The notes below the pieces were generated by a model. The model was given only the letters and a program-made list of their open reading frames with translations. It made no database searches and was not told the origin of the DNA. This document shows, piece after piece, positions 40,831-54,300 of a stretch of 63,472 nt of DNA. The translations under genes and the position numbers were made by a program. The stretch lies in the NCBI GenBank assembly GCA_030265395.1, contig JARFYF010000056.1, forward strand, positions 6,308,360-6,371,831, in the 5' to 3' direction. Within the stretch, counting starts at the first letter, position 1. Every line of letters starts with the position of its first letter. This DNA comes from Rhina ancylostomus. Lineage: Eukaryota.

Positions 40831-42079
40831 ATTATTCTTTAGCTCTGTAACTGCAACTTTTGGTGGGTATTTCAGCAAATGGGAAATTAGCAGGGAGNNN
40901 NNNNNNNNNNNNNNNNNNNNNNNNNNNNNNNNNNNNNNNNNNNNNNNNNNNNNNNNGTTCCCACTTGCCCCTGCCTCCAATTTTATAAGCAGTCCTCAGT
41001 GGATATTGCTAAAGCTGGTAAAGATGATGGGTAAACAAAGCAATGAGTAGATCAGGGAACAGAAACTGGGCACAAATTTCACCTGGACCATAAACATCAC
41101 CTGTTATGACTGATGTTATTAACTAATTTGGAAATCTGGTTGGAAAGTCTCCATTCCCAGTGACCAAAACAAGAAGAATTTTATTGAAAACCCATGCTTT
41201 CTTTGTGACTTGTTTCCAATATGAAATCATGTACTTGTGATCTCTTAAACTTATCATAATACTTTTCCTCATTGTTTTCAGAGCGGTAAACACTTTTAAG
41301 CTTGTTGGCTGATTCACACCACAATGGGGCTCTTGGGAATAAAGAGGCCTTACTTTGATGGTGTTGAAGGGTGTTCCTTGTGTGTTTTTGCAAGGACATC
41401 TTTGCTGTGATTCTGTTCTGAAATCAGAAATTCATTCATAGCTATGTAGCAAGTAGAATTCTGGAAAATCCAGGAAAAATGACCTTTTCTTTATTGGCAT
41501 TTAAACCTTCTTGGCAGCACCTGAACTGCATGTTAGTAATTGAATCTCTTCTCATGGCTTCTGGCATGGAACCCCCATATTAGCTAGAGTTGTGAAGCCA
41601 ACCACCATATTCCAGTGATGGGTTAGGGTTTCCTCCAAGAGATTATTTATCNNNNNNNNNNGCACATCAGAGACCATTCCCAGAATCTCTGTATGTATTT
41701 TATACCCTAATAAAAATCACTAGTAACACCCTTGTTGACTTAAGATCCTTGACAATTGCACCAGGACCTGTAATTAAAAAATAGCGGGTACTAGAGTTTA
41801 TAAAAAGCAAACCAAATGACTCACCATGAAATTGTCTTCAAGACACCATTGCCAGCCATGATACGTTCTGGGCATCGAATCAGAGGTTCTGCATCCTTGA
41901 TCTATAATGTTCAGATGGACAGCAAAGCAGCTGATTGCATTGAGTAGCATTATTCTATAGGCCCATCCTACATCATTTTACTGTCGGCAGTTACCAAAAT
42001 AGCCCAAGTAAGTAACTTGTGAATTAAACAAACACAAGTAAGCACAATCTGTGACTCTCAAAAAGATGTAGTTACTTGT

Positions 42080-42480
42080 TCACTATGAAGCAGAAAGAGG
42101 TTATTTAGCCCACTGAGTCCATGCCAGCTCACAGCAGAGCAATCCCATTAGTCCCAGTCCCACTTGGCCTATCATTTCCCTGTAGTCCTGCAACTTGTTC
42201 TCTTTTGTAGGACCATTAACTCTTCTTTGATTCTTTTTACCATTTAATTACACTGTGGGGTAATTTTTGCAACAGCCAATTAACCCACCAGTATATGTGG
42301 GAGGAAATCAAAACACAGGAGAAACCCACACAGTCACACGGAGAATGTGCATGCAGTGGTGATCAAAGGATCCTTCCAAAAGATTAGAAATCTACTGGCA
42401 TAGACAGCACTTGAGGTCAGGATTGAACCCAAGTCCTTTTGGAGCTTGAGGCAGCAGTGCTAACTGCTGCTCTATGCCAC
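42080..42480 (-). mobile_element. HE1-like V-SINE, degenerate, with an internal insertion
   Basis: gtgggaggaaa...gagaaacccacacagtcacacggagaatgtgca (V domain), caggattgaaccc (B box, reverse complement), gaggcagcagtgctaac. CR1-type tail near 42085-42130. Confidence 0.75.
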
Positions 42481-43484
42481 AGCATCTCTGCTGCCCTTGT
42501 CTTAGTTTGCACCAACTCCCGTGANNNNNNNNNNAAATACAATTCGGCTTATTATAAACATTACTGTATTTGTCCTGTCTGTAGCTCTTAACACAGTTGA
42601 CTGCACCAACTACAACTTCCGGTGTCATGCTGAGTGGGACTTGACTTTCACCTCTGTGGAGACTCCAGAGAATTCCCTGTGATGTCTTCTATTGGCTTTC
42701 TTCTCACCTCCCACCATGCTCCATGCCCCCCCAAATCCTCCTCCTCTCACCCATTGAACTTGCCTATTTTTCATTTGTATGCTGCTATTTGACATCATAT
42801 CGAGATTAACACGAAGCTCTATTTCACCATGCTCCTTCTTGACCTTTCTATTCCCTCAGAGCCATCAGGCAGCTTGTTCGACAACTAGCCTTCTGAACCA
42901 TAATTTCCTCCAGTTAAATATATATATAAAGAAAACAAAATAATATCTCCAAACAGCCTCAAACAGCCTCTTCTCTTACTGCTGATTCCATTCCACTCCC
43001 TCAGGCTAAGCAGTCTGTTTCCAGCTTCAGTATTCTGTACGACTCTGAAGTGAAAAGCCATTGGAAGAGATTCTTTGTATAACTAGATAGAGGATAGGCA
43101 GTAATAGGCAAGGGTAACATTGGGATTGGCAACATAGAGGCTTTGGAGGTGGAATGGTGTTGTCAACTGCATCAAACAGAGATCATGAAGCTTCAGGAAG
43201 GATTGTGCACTGAAATTACCAAACATGTATGTTAAGATTTGTCTAGAGCTTCCTAGATTGGCCTCTGTGCAGCAGAGGANNNNNNNNNNGTACCCCAGTC
43301 TGCGATAGCATGGTGGATCCCACATCAGCCATTGATGGAGCAGTATAGAATTCATTGTGTAAAACTCTGAGGTGGAAATTTGGTCACAAACTCTAAAGAA
43401 TATTGTGACAATGTAACCAAATCTTCTGCTGAAACCTGCTTTTATTTTATTACCTCTTTACTTGACATCTGGGGCATTTTGTTC

Positions 43485-43950
43485 TCAGTAAACTAAAGCA
43501 TCATTCAGAATTCTGCTGCCTTTGCACCAATTCTCATTCTCCAAATCACCCCCTTGTGCTCGCTGATCTTGAATTAGTTCTTGGTTAAAATTCTCACCCT
43601 TGTTTTCAAATCCCCATGTTGTCTTCCCTCTGCCTCTAAGTGCAACCTCCTCCCTATCCTCTCTTTTGAGCAAAATGCACACCTCTAATTCTGACCTCTT
43701 AATCATTCTCAACATAATGTAGTTGCTCTACAATAGATGCTTGCCATTAGTTTCCAAAGCCATGAGCTTGAGAATTCCCTTCTCTAAATCCTTCCTTTAT
43801 ACTTCTTGAAAATCAACACACACGTATTTGATCAGTCTTTTGGTCATCTGCCCAAACACCTTCTAAAATGTATTTTAACATTTGTTCACTTCCATGAAAT
43901 GTCCTGGGATACTTAGTTGTATTAAATACACTATATATTTGGAGATCGTT
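43485..43950 (+). mobile_element. L2-type LINE 3' end, degenerate
   Basis: tcacccccttgtgctcgctgatct...taaaattctcacccttgttttcaaatcc...gaattcccttctctaa...tttgatcagtcttttggtcatctgccc. Confidence 0.7.
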
Positions 43951-46209
43951 AATAATACTGTTTTGAACAGGAAGTGTGAAGACAGAATTTTGGTCCCAGT
44001 TTTGTAACAAGCTTGTCAACACTCAGTTATATGAGATCCACTCCAGATTTTCATTGCACTTGCAAGGGGGAGCTTTTTCCCCAGATAGTCCTGATTTTCT
44101 AATATAACCTTTTCTGAATTGTTCATTTGAATGATTTTGCCTTGTTGGCATAGTCTTGCATAGTACTATTTTCCTCAGCCCAAACACTTCCAGACAATGA
44201 GTTGTTCCATTAAACTGTCAGCAGCCTGCTAGAAATTGCATCCATGTGACCTTGGCACTCCCCTGTGTAATACTATATTCTGGGGAAGTTGGGAGGACAT
44301 TTTTGGCTTCATTGTCTTGGAAGGAATATGTTCTTTAAAACTTAGAAACTTAAAAAAAATTGTCATACAATTTAATATTAAGTTGCTGAAATTCTATTTT
44401 TACAAATGAAGATTAATTCTAAGTACAGAGAAAGTGAAGGATGTTAAGAAACTGAGTGTGAGTACTATTATTGGAAAACTCTTAGACTCCTGATCCACTA
44501 AATTTTATAAATTTCTCCTTTTGGCTTAGTACCTGTAAAACTCTACTGATTTAAGCAACCCTGGAAATTGTGTGGTGATTTAAAATGTTAATTTTAGATG
44601 AGCTTGTTTCATTGTAATTTGTTCCTTCAAGCTTTGCAGATCTTAGTAAATTCTAACAATTTGGATGCTGAACATCATGAAGTTAGTTCTAATTATCTCT
44701 CAAAAGAGTAAGAAAAAAATTGATAGTTGCCACATGTTCTTGAATAAGCTGAATGTGCAATCTGCCTGCTCTGCAGTGGCCCATTGCTTGGCAAGAAAAA
44801 TGAGGAAATTTCACCATCAACCATGTGACCTCATCACACAAAAATTGACAGTTATCAGAATAATTAAGAAATTTATGTATTTTTACATTTTGCTTACCTT
44901 AAAAAAATACAGTGTTTACATTACCTCTGTGGTGAACTTGATTAAAATGGATATTTTAGGGTGCACGCATTAGAATTCCAGTATGCAGTTAAAATAGTTT
45001 TAAAAAATCTCCCAGGGGAGCCCTTGGATCTCAAGGGCCCATCGTAAAGCTACCTGGAGTTAATTTAAGTGTTCACAGAGTGCAGACACTACCATCCACA
45101 CTCTCTAAACATTTAAATGTTAACTCCTAGGAGAGGAGCTCTGTGCAGGCGTGTAACCAAGCATACACCAAGCTCTCTCCTGGGCAGGAGAATTGGAGAT
45201 CCAGTCAAGCAGTGTAAATAGGAACTGATACTAAAGCCAACAATCTGAGACCAGGAGCTACAGCGTAAATGCAGTATTAAGCACTAAACTGCAATTTCTA
45301 AAACCAGCTTTGCATAATACATAATTACAGCAGTACAATAAAAAAAGCACTATTACCACATTGCAGATTAATCATTCTATTAGAGAATTTAAACAAAATA
45401 TATTTAATAAGACCATTGTTTCATCTGCAGGTTCCTTATATTTTTATTTCTGAGCTGCTTTAGTCCACTTTAGGTTTTTTTTATGGCAAAGTCCTGTGTG
45501 CAAGAATTGTAGGGCATTTATTTTGGAATTAAGCCTCATTAGTGTTTGCTTAATTTATTTTGAAAGTATATATCAAAACTATTTTCCTTGAATAAAGGAG
45601 AGATAGAAGAAAGCTAAATCACCCACTATCCAAATAAAATATAAATAATGGTGTCTCAACTCATCCCTGATCATCAGGGCTATGTAATCTTGTCAGTGCA
45701 TTGTGCTCAATAGAATACATTTTGGAAGCAGTACAAAGCATGGACACCACTGTGTAGTGCTTTTAGCACTATTGATCAGGGATGAATTTTTCTGCACAGT
45801 AATGTCCCTGCACTCGGAACTTGAGAAGGGCTAGGTGTTGCACTTATCCAACAAAAGTGACTTGAGGATATATTCTAGTTTTGAAGTGGACAACATTTTC
45901 AATTGGGGTCTGTATGTAATAGGTTTTATATTAGAAAAGAGAAACCATTTTAAATATTACATTTCTCTGAAGCTTGTGAACTTTAATCCTATGGTTTCCA
46001 TCTGAAATCAACTCTGTGTGTTGCACATTGTTGATGAACAGATAAGGATTGTGTGAGATCCACAAGAACATCAACGACAGCATGAAATAAAGATGTATCC
46101 TGGTAAAAGTAAACCTCTGTAAATTGAATAAAAACTGTAGCTTAACATTTAAATTCATGAGCAACAAATGCATCAGTCTCAAAATAGTTGATTAAAAGGG
46201 AAAAAATGG

Positions 46210-46880
46210 ACATCAAAATTTTCATGCCCTAAGGACATTCCGAAGAAGGAATGTTAGAGGGCGTAGCTTTAAGGTGAGAGGGGGAATGTTTAAAGGAGAT
46301 TTACAAGGCAATTTGTTTTACACAGAGTAGGTACCTGAAATGCACTGCCAGGGCAGGTGGTGAAAGCAGATATGATGGAAACATTTAGGAGGCATTTAAA
46401 CAGGCAAAGAATGGAGTGACGTAGATCACTTGCAGGCAGATGTGCAATTTAAATTGGCATCATGGTCGGCACAGACATTGTGGGCTAAGGGGCCTGTTCT
46501 TATGTTGTACTGCTCTATCTTAAGTGGTTTACATCCAGTGAATTACTTTTGAAGTAGTTGAACTTTTTGATCTAAATCTGTCCAAATAATCTCACAAGCA
46601 AAAATGAGAGCAACGGTTAGATAGTTTGTATTGGTGTTGTTCCTTGAGGAATGTTGGATAGCAGAGAGAAAAATTGTCTTGCAGTTCAGGAAAGCGTAGT
46701 GGGAACCTTATGTATTCACTTGAACAAGCAGTCAAGGCCTAAGTCTACAGCACTGCACTGCCTTTGTACTGCTTTCAGATATCAGACAAGATTATGCTGA
46801 AGTCCTGCAGTGGGAATTGAACTTGCAATCTTCTCACTCAATAGTGACAATTCTCTCAGTAAAACCATGTCAATGCTAAA
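46210..46880 (-). mobile_element. DeuSINE-like element interrupted by a CR1 fragment
   Basis: catgccctaaggacattcc [insert] taagtggtttacatccagtgaattacttttgaagtag...gtgggaattgaacttgcaatcttctcactca (tRNA-like head on the minus strand). Confidence 0.65.
46242..46520 (+). mobile_element. CR1-type 3' end fragment nested in the SINE
   Basis: agagggcgtagctttaaggtgagaggggg...tttaaaggagat...gtgggctaaggggcctgttcttatgttgtactgctctat. Confidence 0.85.
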
Positions 46881-48882
46881 GCAGATACAAACCTCTTCTC
46901 ACTCGCTACACACAATCCACATGTACTCCCTCTGATTGAAAGCGAGCCCAAGAGAAGAGCAACCAGTTATTTTGCAGGAGAATGCAACCCCTGAACCTAA
47001 TAACTTAAAAAAAACATCCTTTTCCAAATGACAAAATATTATACGTTCACTCCAGTGTTCCCTGATTTGAATTCAGATGCTTCCTCTCAAGTGTCACAAA
47101 TGTCTTTAGCTTTTGAAAGCTCAGATTGGGTTCCATGCAGGCTTTCAGTGTACGATTAAAATTGATGGATGAGCATGCCACTCGGTCAAGAATTGGATAA
47201 AATAACCCAAACCTTCTGCTATCAAGAGGATAGAATAGCATGCAGCTGTAGTTAATAAAAGCATTCCCGTAGATATTTTGTGTATTGAATATAAATTTGA
47301 CAGATTATAAAATTGGTGCAAGGGTTTTCAATCACAGAAGAGATGCATGTAACTCACAACATGCTTGCCCACCCATATAGTCCAATCATTTTACATGTAT
47401 TGATTTTGTGCTTTGCACTATTTAAACACCACTATGCCTTCATGTGGGTCAGAAAAGATTTTATAATTAATAATTCTTAATAAAATATTTTCAGCCCTGA
47501 TATTCAAGCATTTTTCATTTTCAACATACTTTGGGCTTAATTTCAGTGAAATTTCATTTGCCTCATTGCATTTCAGAAGAAAGGAAGGGAAAGAGCAGAG
47601 TTCTTAATTAAGTATAAGGTTATTGGGAACAAGATATTTGTACTTTTGTACATGGAGATGATGTTGATTTTGCAGTGCACCATTTAATATACTGATTTTA
47701 AAATTAATATGTTTCTCCATTATCACATTTTTATCCCTACCATATTTGCCACCAACACCTTGTTACAGTGCTGTGACAGTGGGGATATTGGCCAATTACT
47801 ACTAAAAATTGTGGGCCAAGCACAACAATAATATTACAATCACCATTACGAACATCTGTCTTTTAAAAATCTTTGTCATACTGTTATGTTCAGCTTCAAA
47901 TAACGGCCATGATCTCTGCTGGTTTGTTGTACATTTTCTTAATACAGCACGACTTGCACCTGTAAAGAGTTAGAGCTGAAACAAACTGAATAATTTCACT
48001 GGCAATCAGGTCATCAGCAGGTGTGGTAAATTAAAATAATTATAAACAGTTGGAAAATGCCTTTAGAGAATTTGGATTCCTTTGTACAACTTAAATTGAG
48101 CAGATGTGCATTTTTTTAAATGATTTATTTGAAGGGAACAGTGTGTAAACAAGGAAATAAGAATGGTCACACAAAGGAGAGATGAATGCCACCCTGGGGA
48201 GAAGCAGTGTGCTCTGCTGGAGTGAGCATTCATTGTATCACTGCAGAGAAACCAAAAGGGCAGTGCAGCGTGGGGTTAATGCAGTGTTAAGTATCATGGA
48301 GAAGGCAGAGTTGCCCTCCGTCCGATCTCCCCAGAAGTACTGCAAAATCGATTCTGAAGGGCACAAGAACAAGTCTCTCCACAGGCTCATTGCCTCTTTG
48401 GGGAAGATTCCCACAGAAAAGCTTATTGCAAATATCATTTTAGTATAGAAAGCCTCGACTTAAACTGCCGGAAATTATGCTGCTTGCAGAATTTAGAGAA
48501 ATTCTAATTGTAAAGCTTCCTTTTAGTATCTATTAGTGTCACATTCATAAAGTGCCTAATAATGGTTCTTTTCAGTTCCATCTTCTTACTTGATCATTGG
48601 ATGTACCTTTATTAGTTGGTGTTGTTTTTGAATCGCTGGTCCTTTTAGTGAACAATGCAGATTTTCAAATCTCTTTGAACATGAGTGTTTATTTTGTATT
48701 GTGAATTTTGACTGAAATGAGGAAGCATGTATTATCCTTTTAAATAATGTATTCAAACTTTAATTTGATTCATGATTAATCAATTTATTTGTTCGATAAA
48801 GGGAATAAAGATGTCAAATTAAGATGCAATTGCTTAATGTCAAGTCAGAAGAAAAAGCAAAATCTCCCTTTAATGTTTTCAG

Positions 48883-49018
48883 ACGAAAACGACGTAATTT
48901 CAGCAAACAAGCAACAGAAGTCTTGAATGAGTACTTTTACTCCCATCTCAGCAATCCATATCCCAGTGAAGAAGCCAAAGAAGAGCTGGCAAAGAAGTGT
49001 AGCATCACAGTATCACAA
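48883..49018 (+). CDS. PBX3: PBX3 exon 5 (homeodomain helices 1-2 with TALE insertion and PYP motif), 136 nt
   Basis: Acceptor tgttttcag|A, donor CAA|gtaaga. Translates (R)[45 protein letters not shown]. Confidence 0.98.
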
Positions 49019-51159
49019 GTAAGATGGACCATCCATAACTTCTGAATTTATCCCAAAGGAATATGTCTGCTCAAATTTTTAAAATATTGGAAGTCGATTA
49101 GAAAATGTAGTTTCAAACCTTTGTTCAATGTGAAACTTCAAGTTCAGCCAAGACAACAAAAATTCACTATATAGGTTGTTGATTTCTATAAAACCAATGG
49201 TTGAGTTGTTACTGCTCCATCTCTTTCATTTTCTGATTTGATATCACAGTTAATTAGATTAAAAAAACAACATTGAAGAAAAATCTAAATTTGCAGACAA
49301 TACTGAATTAACAGGTTTCTTCAAAGAGTAATTATGAAGCATAAGAAATTATTAAGTTGCACATTGAACTGGCTATCCAAGCAACTGCAGAATTAAATTT
49401 TCACTAAGTTTAAAATAGCAATATAGTACAATTATATAATTGAACAGAAGTATTTACTGCTTAGCTCAAGATTTTCATTTCACACAGCAACATGTAATCA
49501 TCCCATTTCTGCCACAGGTTATGTTATGCTTCTAACAATAGTCTCAGACTTGCTCCTCTTAGGCAAGCAGTGTAGCTGTTCCATATTGTAACTAGGCAAT
49601 AATTTATTTCTGCTCCTTGCTTATACTGAGACCTTTAAGGTTCATGTTTGTTTTGTGACTCTTTAGTAAGTTACTTTTTTTGGATCAGACTGTAATCTGA
49701 ATTAAATAATTCCTGTTTAGGAGATTTTCAAGGTTGTGATATGTCATCATATTTGAAAGTTCCAGTGAGAATGTATACTTGATTAAAGGGGGCTTTTCCT
49801 TTTAAAATAATCTCTGTTTAAAGCTTTATCTTTAAATTACATGCCCAAAATAAAATAATTTAAATAGAACCTGGTATTACAGTTCAAGTAGGTCAGAAGC
49901 ATCTGGGAAACATGATCTGTGTTCCCACTTTCAAGACTGACCATAGCTCACTTGTGACTCTTTGCTTGTGAGTTACCCAGTCAGCCTCACTTACGGACAT
50001 ATATATCATATTTTATGACTGGCCATGACAGCTACTCTATTTATACCTATCAAGGTGCTTGCTAGGTGTCATGAGTATTGAGTTTGCTTCTAAACTCAGA
50101 GTGATAGAATGTGTTGGTTAAGGTGACACAAACAGTGATCCTGGACTACTGAGTCTTGCATATCAATATTACAGCTCATAATATATTTATCACAATGTGG
50201 CTGAGGGTTAAATGGATTGTGCTTTAACTATTCATGGCTTCTGTTCTATTTTTGACATAATGATCAACTTAACCTCCAGAGGAACTTTCAGAAGCATAAT
50301 TAGAAACCAGCTTGAGGTTAGCTAATTAATTAATATTATTCCAATTGTTTCAACTGAGGTTTGAAAGAATCATCTGTAAAAGATGTACTGAAAAGTTAAT
50401 TTTTGCTGATTGAATAAGCCATTTCTATTAAATTTTATTCATTAATCTTGTGTATTTGCTTAATAGAAATGATGTGAAATTGTGCTATGTATTTGGTTTA
50501 GTTCATAAGCTACTCTTTTGCAAGAAAGAGTTTTAAAAGTGGATTCAAACTGCAGTACCATCCTACTAATAGGACCATCTGCCGATTAAGATGTCAGTTG
50601 CTTAAACTAAATGCTGTTAGCGATTATTTTGTGTTAGAGCAAAAGTTTCCCAGAAGTTATAATGCTGAGGTGGTGACCATTAATGTGGATCATGTAACTT
50701 TTACAAATCTGAAGTTGACTGTGCTGAAAATTGGAGCTGGTTTCACAAGTGCTTAGACAAAAAGAAACAAATAGACTCAATTAACAGGTAAGAATCAAGC
50801 TTTGTACTTCTTATTCAGTTTANNNNNNNNNNNNCAGCTTTTTGCAAACAGCAACTTGTGAAATTTGCTTTGTGACTCTGGTGAGGAAGCAAACTTGACG
50901 AAAGGGACCACGCTAATCTATTAATCTTGCTTTTCCTTTTGAAATAATCTCTATTAACTGGTCTGTAGGTGGCTGAATGTCATTGTCTCTGGTTATAATG
51001 AAACCCTCTGCACGTGATGGTATTGATTTTTGAAAAAAAAAGATATATATTGTTAACTGTAATAAAATCTTGGATTTTGTTGTATAAGCAGAGAGTTAGA
51101 CAAATATGCTCAACATGAAAGAAAGTGAGGAATAGCACTGGTGCAGGCTGCAGTCTCTT

Positions 51160-51362
51160 GAGTCTTATTGCATTCAGTAACATCATCACTTTCCTACCCA
51201 ACCCTCATCTATGGATTCCAGTGAAATCCAAATATCTGACATTCATGGTCTTGAATATACTCAATGATTGGATATCCACAGACTTCTAAAGACTTTCAGC
51301 TCTGCATGTGAATAAATTCCTTCTGACCTCAGTCCTAAAGCTTGGGTCCTTATCCTGAGACA
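51160..51362 (-). mobile_element. CR1-type 3' end, degenerate
   Basis: cattcagtaacatcat...cttgaatatactcaatga...atccacag...aaattccttctgacctcagtcctaaa...cttatcctgagacagtg. Confidence 0.65.
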
Positions 51363-54300
51363 GTGGTAAAGTTACTGGACTAGTAATTTGGAAACTGGAC
51401 TACAATCCAGAGATCTGAGTTTAATTACTTTTAAGTTTCCATTCTTTAACTGGAATGATCTCCATTGGTCTTCTGCAGAGACAAATACAAAATATATCAT
51501 TCCAGTACCCTTAAGGTACCCATGCTTACCCTCATTAGAGGAACTTTTACAATACATTTTTGCATTTCTTGCTAGTTTATTCATAGACTCAGTTTGTCCC
51601 AGATCTATCAATATTTTGGTCTACTTTGCTCATTTTAAAATCATCCCAGTCCTCAGGCTCAGCACTCTTAGTTGTAGCATTATAAACTCTTTTAATCTCA
51701 TCCTATTCCTAATTACTTCAGTTAGCAAAGGGTGGAACACTTTTCCAGTGGAGCTTTTATTTCTCAAGGGAATATAACCTTGCTAAGAATTTTCAATTAT
51801 TTCTTTCTACTAAGTGCACATTTGTAGCAATTAATTTTTGTATTCCACTTCCAAATTCAGTGATGCTTAATTTTTGAAGCGGAGTATTGCACGCAGCCAT
51901 AGCTACAAATGTGCATTAAGTGATGTGGGGCAAATTCCCACTGTAAGGTGAGTGATCAGTGTTTTTTACATCTTTTTGTGTTAGCTGGTTAATAAGTATC
52001 TTTTGATTTCCCGAAATAAAGACTGGTTTTAATATTTAACTTTTGATAAACAGATAACACAAAATAAAAAATGTAACTGCTCTCTTGGAATTATGCCAGT
52101 ACATGATAACAATTGAAATAATAGTGGAAGTGTGAGCTCTGTATATAACTTTAGACTAAATCATTTGTTTCTCAAAGAAAATTTACATTTACTGAAGTTT
52201 AGACACTCTTTTATATTTATAATGTAATAAATGTAAAACAGAGGCATGATTATAGCAAAAATAGTAGAAATGCTTCTCTCAAGTAAGTGATCATAGTTGG
52301 AGAGTCCCACAGTGCCCTGCCACTCTAACCTGCCAGGTGTGGTTAGCAGCAGTTTATTTGATGGAGAGGCTTTCAAAGGTAAGCTGCTTTGGTAAGGGAA
52401 AATGAATCTTTGGTCTAATCCATAACTACCTTTTTTTCAGTAAAGTATTGCATTGCAGATATTGCATTTTATGAACATGCACATACACATGCATTCTTTA
52501 CTCTTCTTCTAGGCCTGTATGTTGCACATATATGTCTCATTGATGCACTGCACACACCTACGCACAACCTGCTCACAAACTATACACACAGACATGCAAC
52601 CCTGCCATTTGTTATGCACTCCTGCAATATATATGTGGCTACCTTATGCATATGCAGATTCACCGAAGCACGCACCTCAAAGAATTTATCAGATTTCAAA
52701 ACCTGGCTGGTATAACATTCATGAGGTTCAAATAAACCAACAAACTGTTAAGATTAATGAAAAACCTGAGTACAGACAGATCATTAGAGAACACCAATAA
52801 ACATTAAAAACCAAAACACTGAACTCCCTCTGTATCACACACATTATTTATGGCTCCCTCACTAATAGAGAAGCTATAAAAGACCCTGTCAATAACAAGC
52901 TATGTGAATGGCTCCCAAGTACAGCATGGTAGCTTATCTAGAGGAATTACTAATAGAACCACAAAACAGTGGAAAATTTTAGCTGTTTTGTGTTTCTGTT
53001 TGGTGGGCAGCAGGTGAAATAAAATCTATGAAAATAAATAATAAAATTGTGTGAAATGATCAAAGTATTTAAATACCTGAGAATTTGTTCAAACAAAAGT
53101 CACTGTAAATGGCAGTACAATTCTTTTTAAAGAAAGAAATGTACAGACTCTGAAATGTGTCCTTTTTGTAAGTGCAGTAAATATTCATTAAAATCTTAGT
53201 AGCTAATGCAACCATACTTAAAAAGGAATCAGTGGCTTTTTATTTAGTGCCTTTTATTCTTGATCAAATTAGAGATTGACAGCTCAAGTTCAGGGGCGAC
53301 CTACATCAAGAGTTGCTGCAAACTATCATGTCTTCTGTGTTCTGGCTGTAGATAAACTACCTCATCTGTTCCATAGACACTCAGCCAGTGAGGAAAAATG
53401 CCTTCTACAGAAGCAGATGAGTGTCTTGCACAGTGTCAGAAACAGTGAATATTTATACTGGAGGAGACACTGGAAATAACAAAATGTGCCATCTCACAAC
53501 AGCTTTGCTATAAATTGTTAGCCTTCAATTCTATATTTTATCCAACAACTTATATGTTCTTTTTTTAATGCCCTTCTTGAATGCTCAGGCTAATTTAAAA
53601 GCCTATTTTGCTTTTTAGGTGTACTTTTCTTAGATTAAATTCTATTTAAAACACTTATTAGAATATACTGGGGATAACATATGCTTTTGTCAATGGTAGG
53701 TTATTTCTCAATACATTTTGTCTTCCTACGGGGATGGCTTCATGTACTGCTAGTTACTGTCAGCACAGGAGGTCTTTACAGATACAAAATCCAATCCAAT
53801 ACACAATAAAACTACAACATTAAACAATGTTAATTATAAAAATATCGTTCAAGCTCTGTTCTTGTGATTCATTGCATCAGCATTTTCACAAGATTCACTA
53901 TGATAGTGTGATGATTATGGTTGCTGCATGAATAAATCATTAGGTCGAGACTAATAATCTAGAGTGAGTGTTTAAANNNNNNNNNNNNNNTTTGAATTAT
54001 TTTATCTAAAATAAAATCTGTGCTGGTGGTCATGAAGATACCAGAATATCATACAGATTCAGCTAATTTATTAATTCACCTCCTGCCTTGCCCAGTCTGA
54101 CTCCAGATCCATTTTCTTGTTGAGTGACTCCTAACTATCATCTGGAACAGTCTGGAAAGTTGTTCACTTGCAGTGGTTCAAAAAGATGGTCCAATAGTTT
54201 GGCAATAAAATGTCTTTCCAGCCACACCTTGAGATTGAAATGAGAACGTCACGGCATTGAAGGACCTGCCAACCCAGGAGTCAATGTGGTGAATACTCCA

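Noticed and set aside
42951-42970. 10-bp tandem duplication AAACAGCCTC x2
   Set aside because: Ordinary slippage event in decayed sequence.
48824-48882. In-frame upstream extension of exon 5 starting at ATG (MQLLNVK...)
   Set aside because: No PBX similarity. The canonical acceptor at 48882 gives the correct phase, and there is no promoter evidence for a homeodomain-only isoform.
52480-52680. CA/TA-rich tract as an ordered repeat array
   Set aside because: Degenerate low-complexity sequence with no fixed period.
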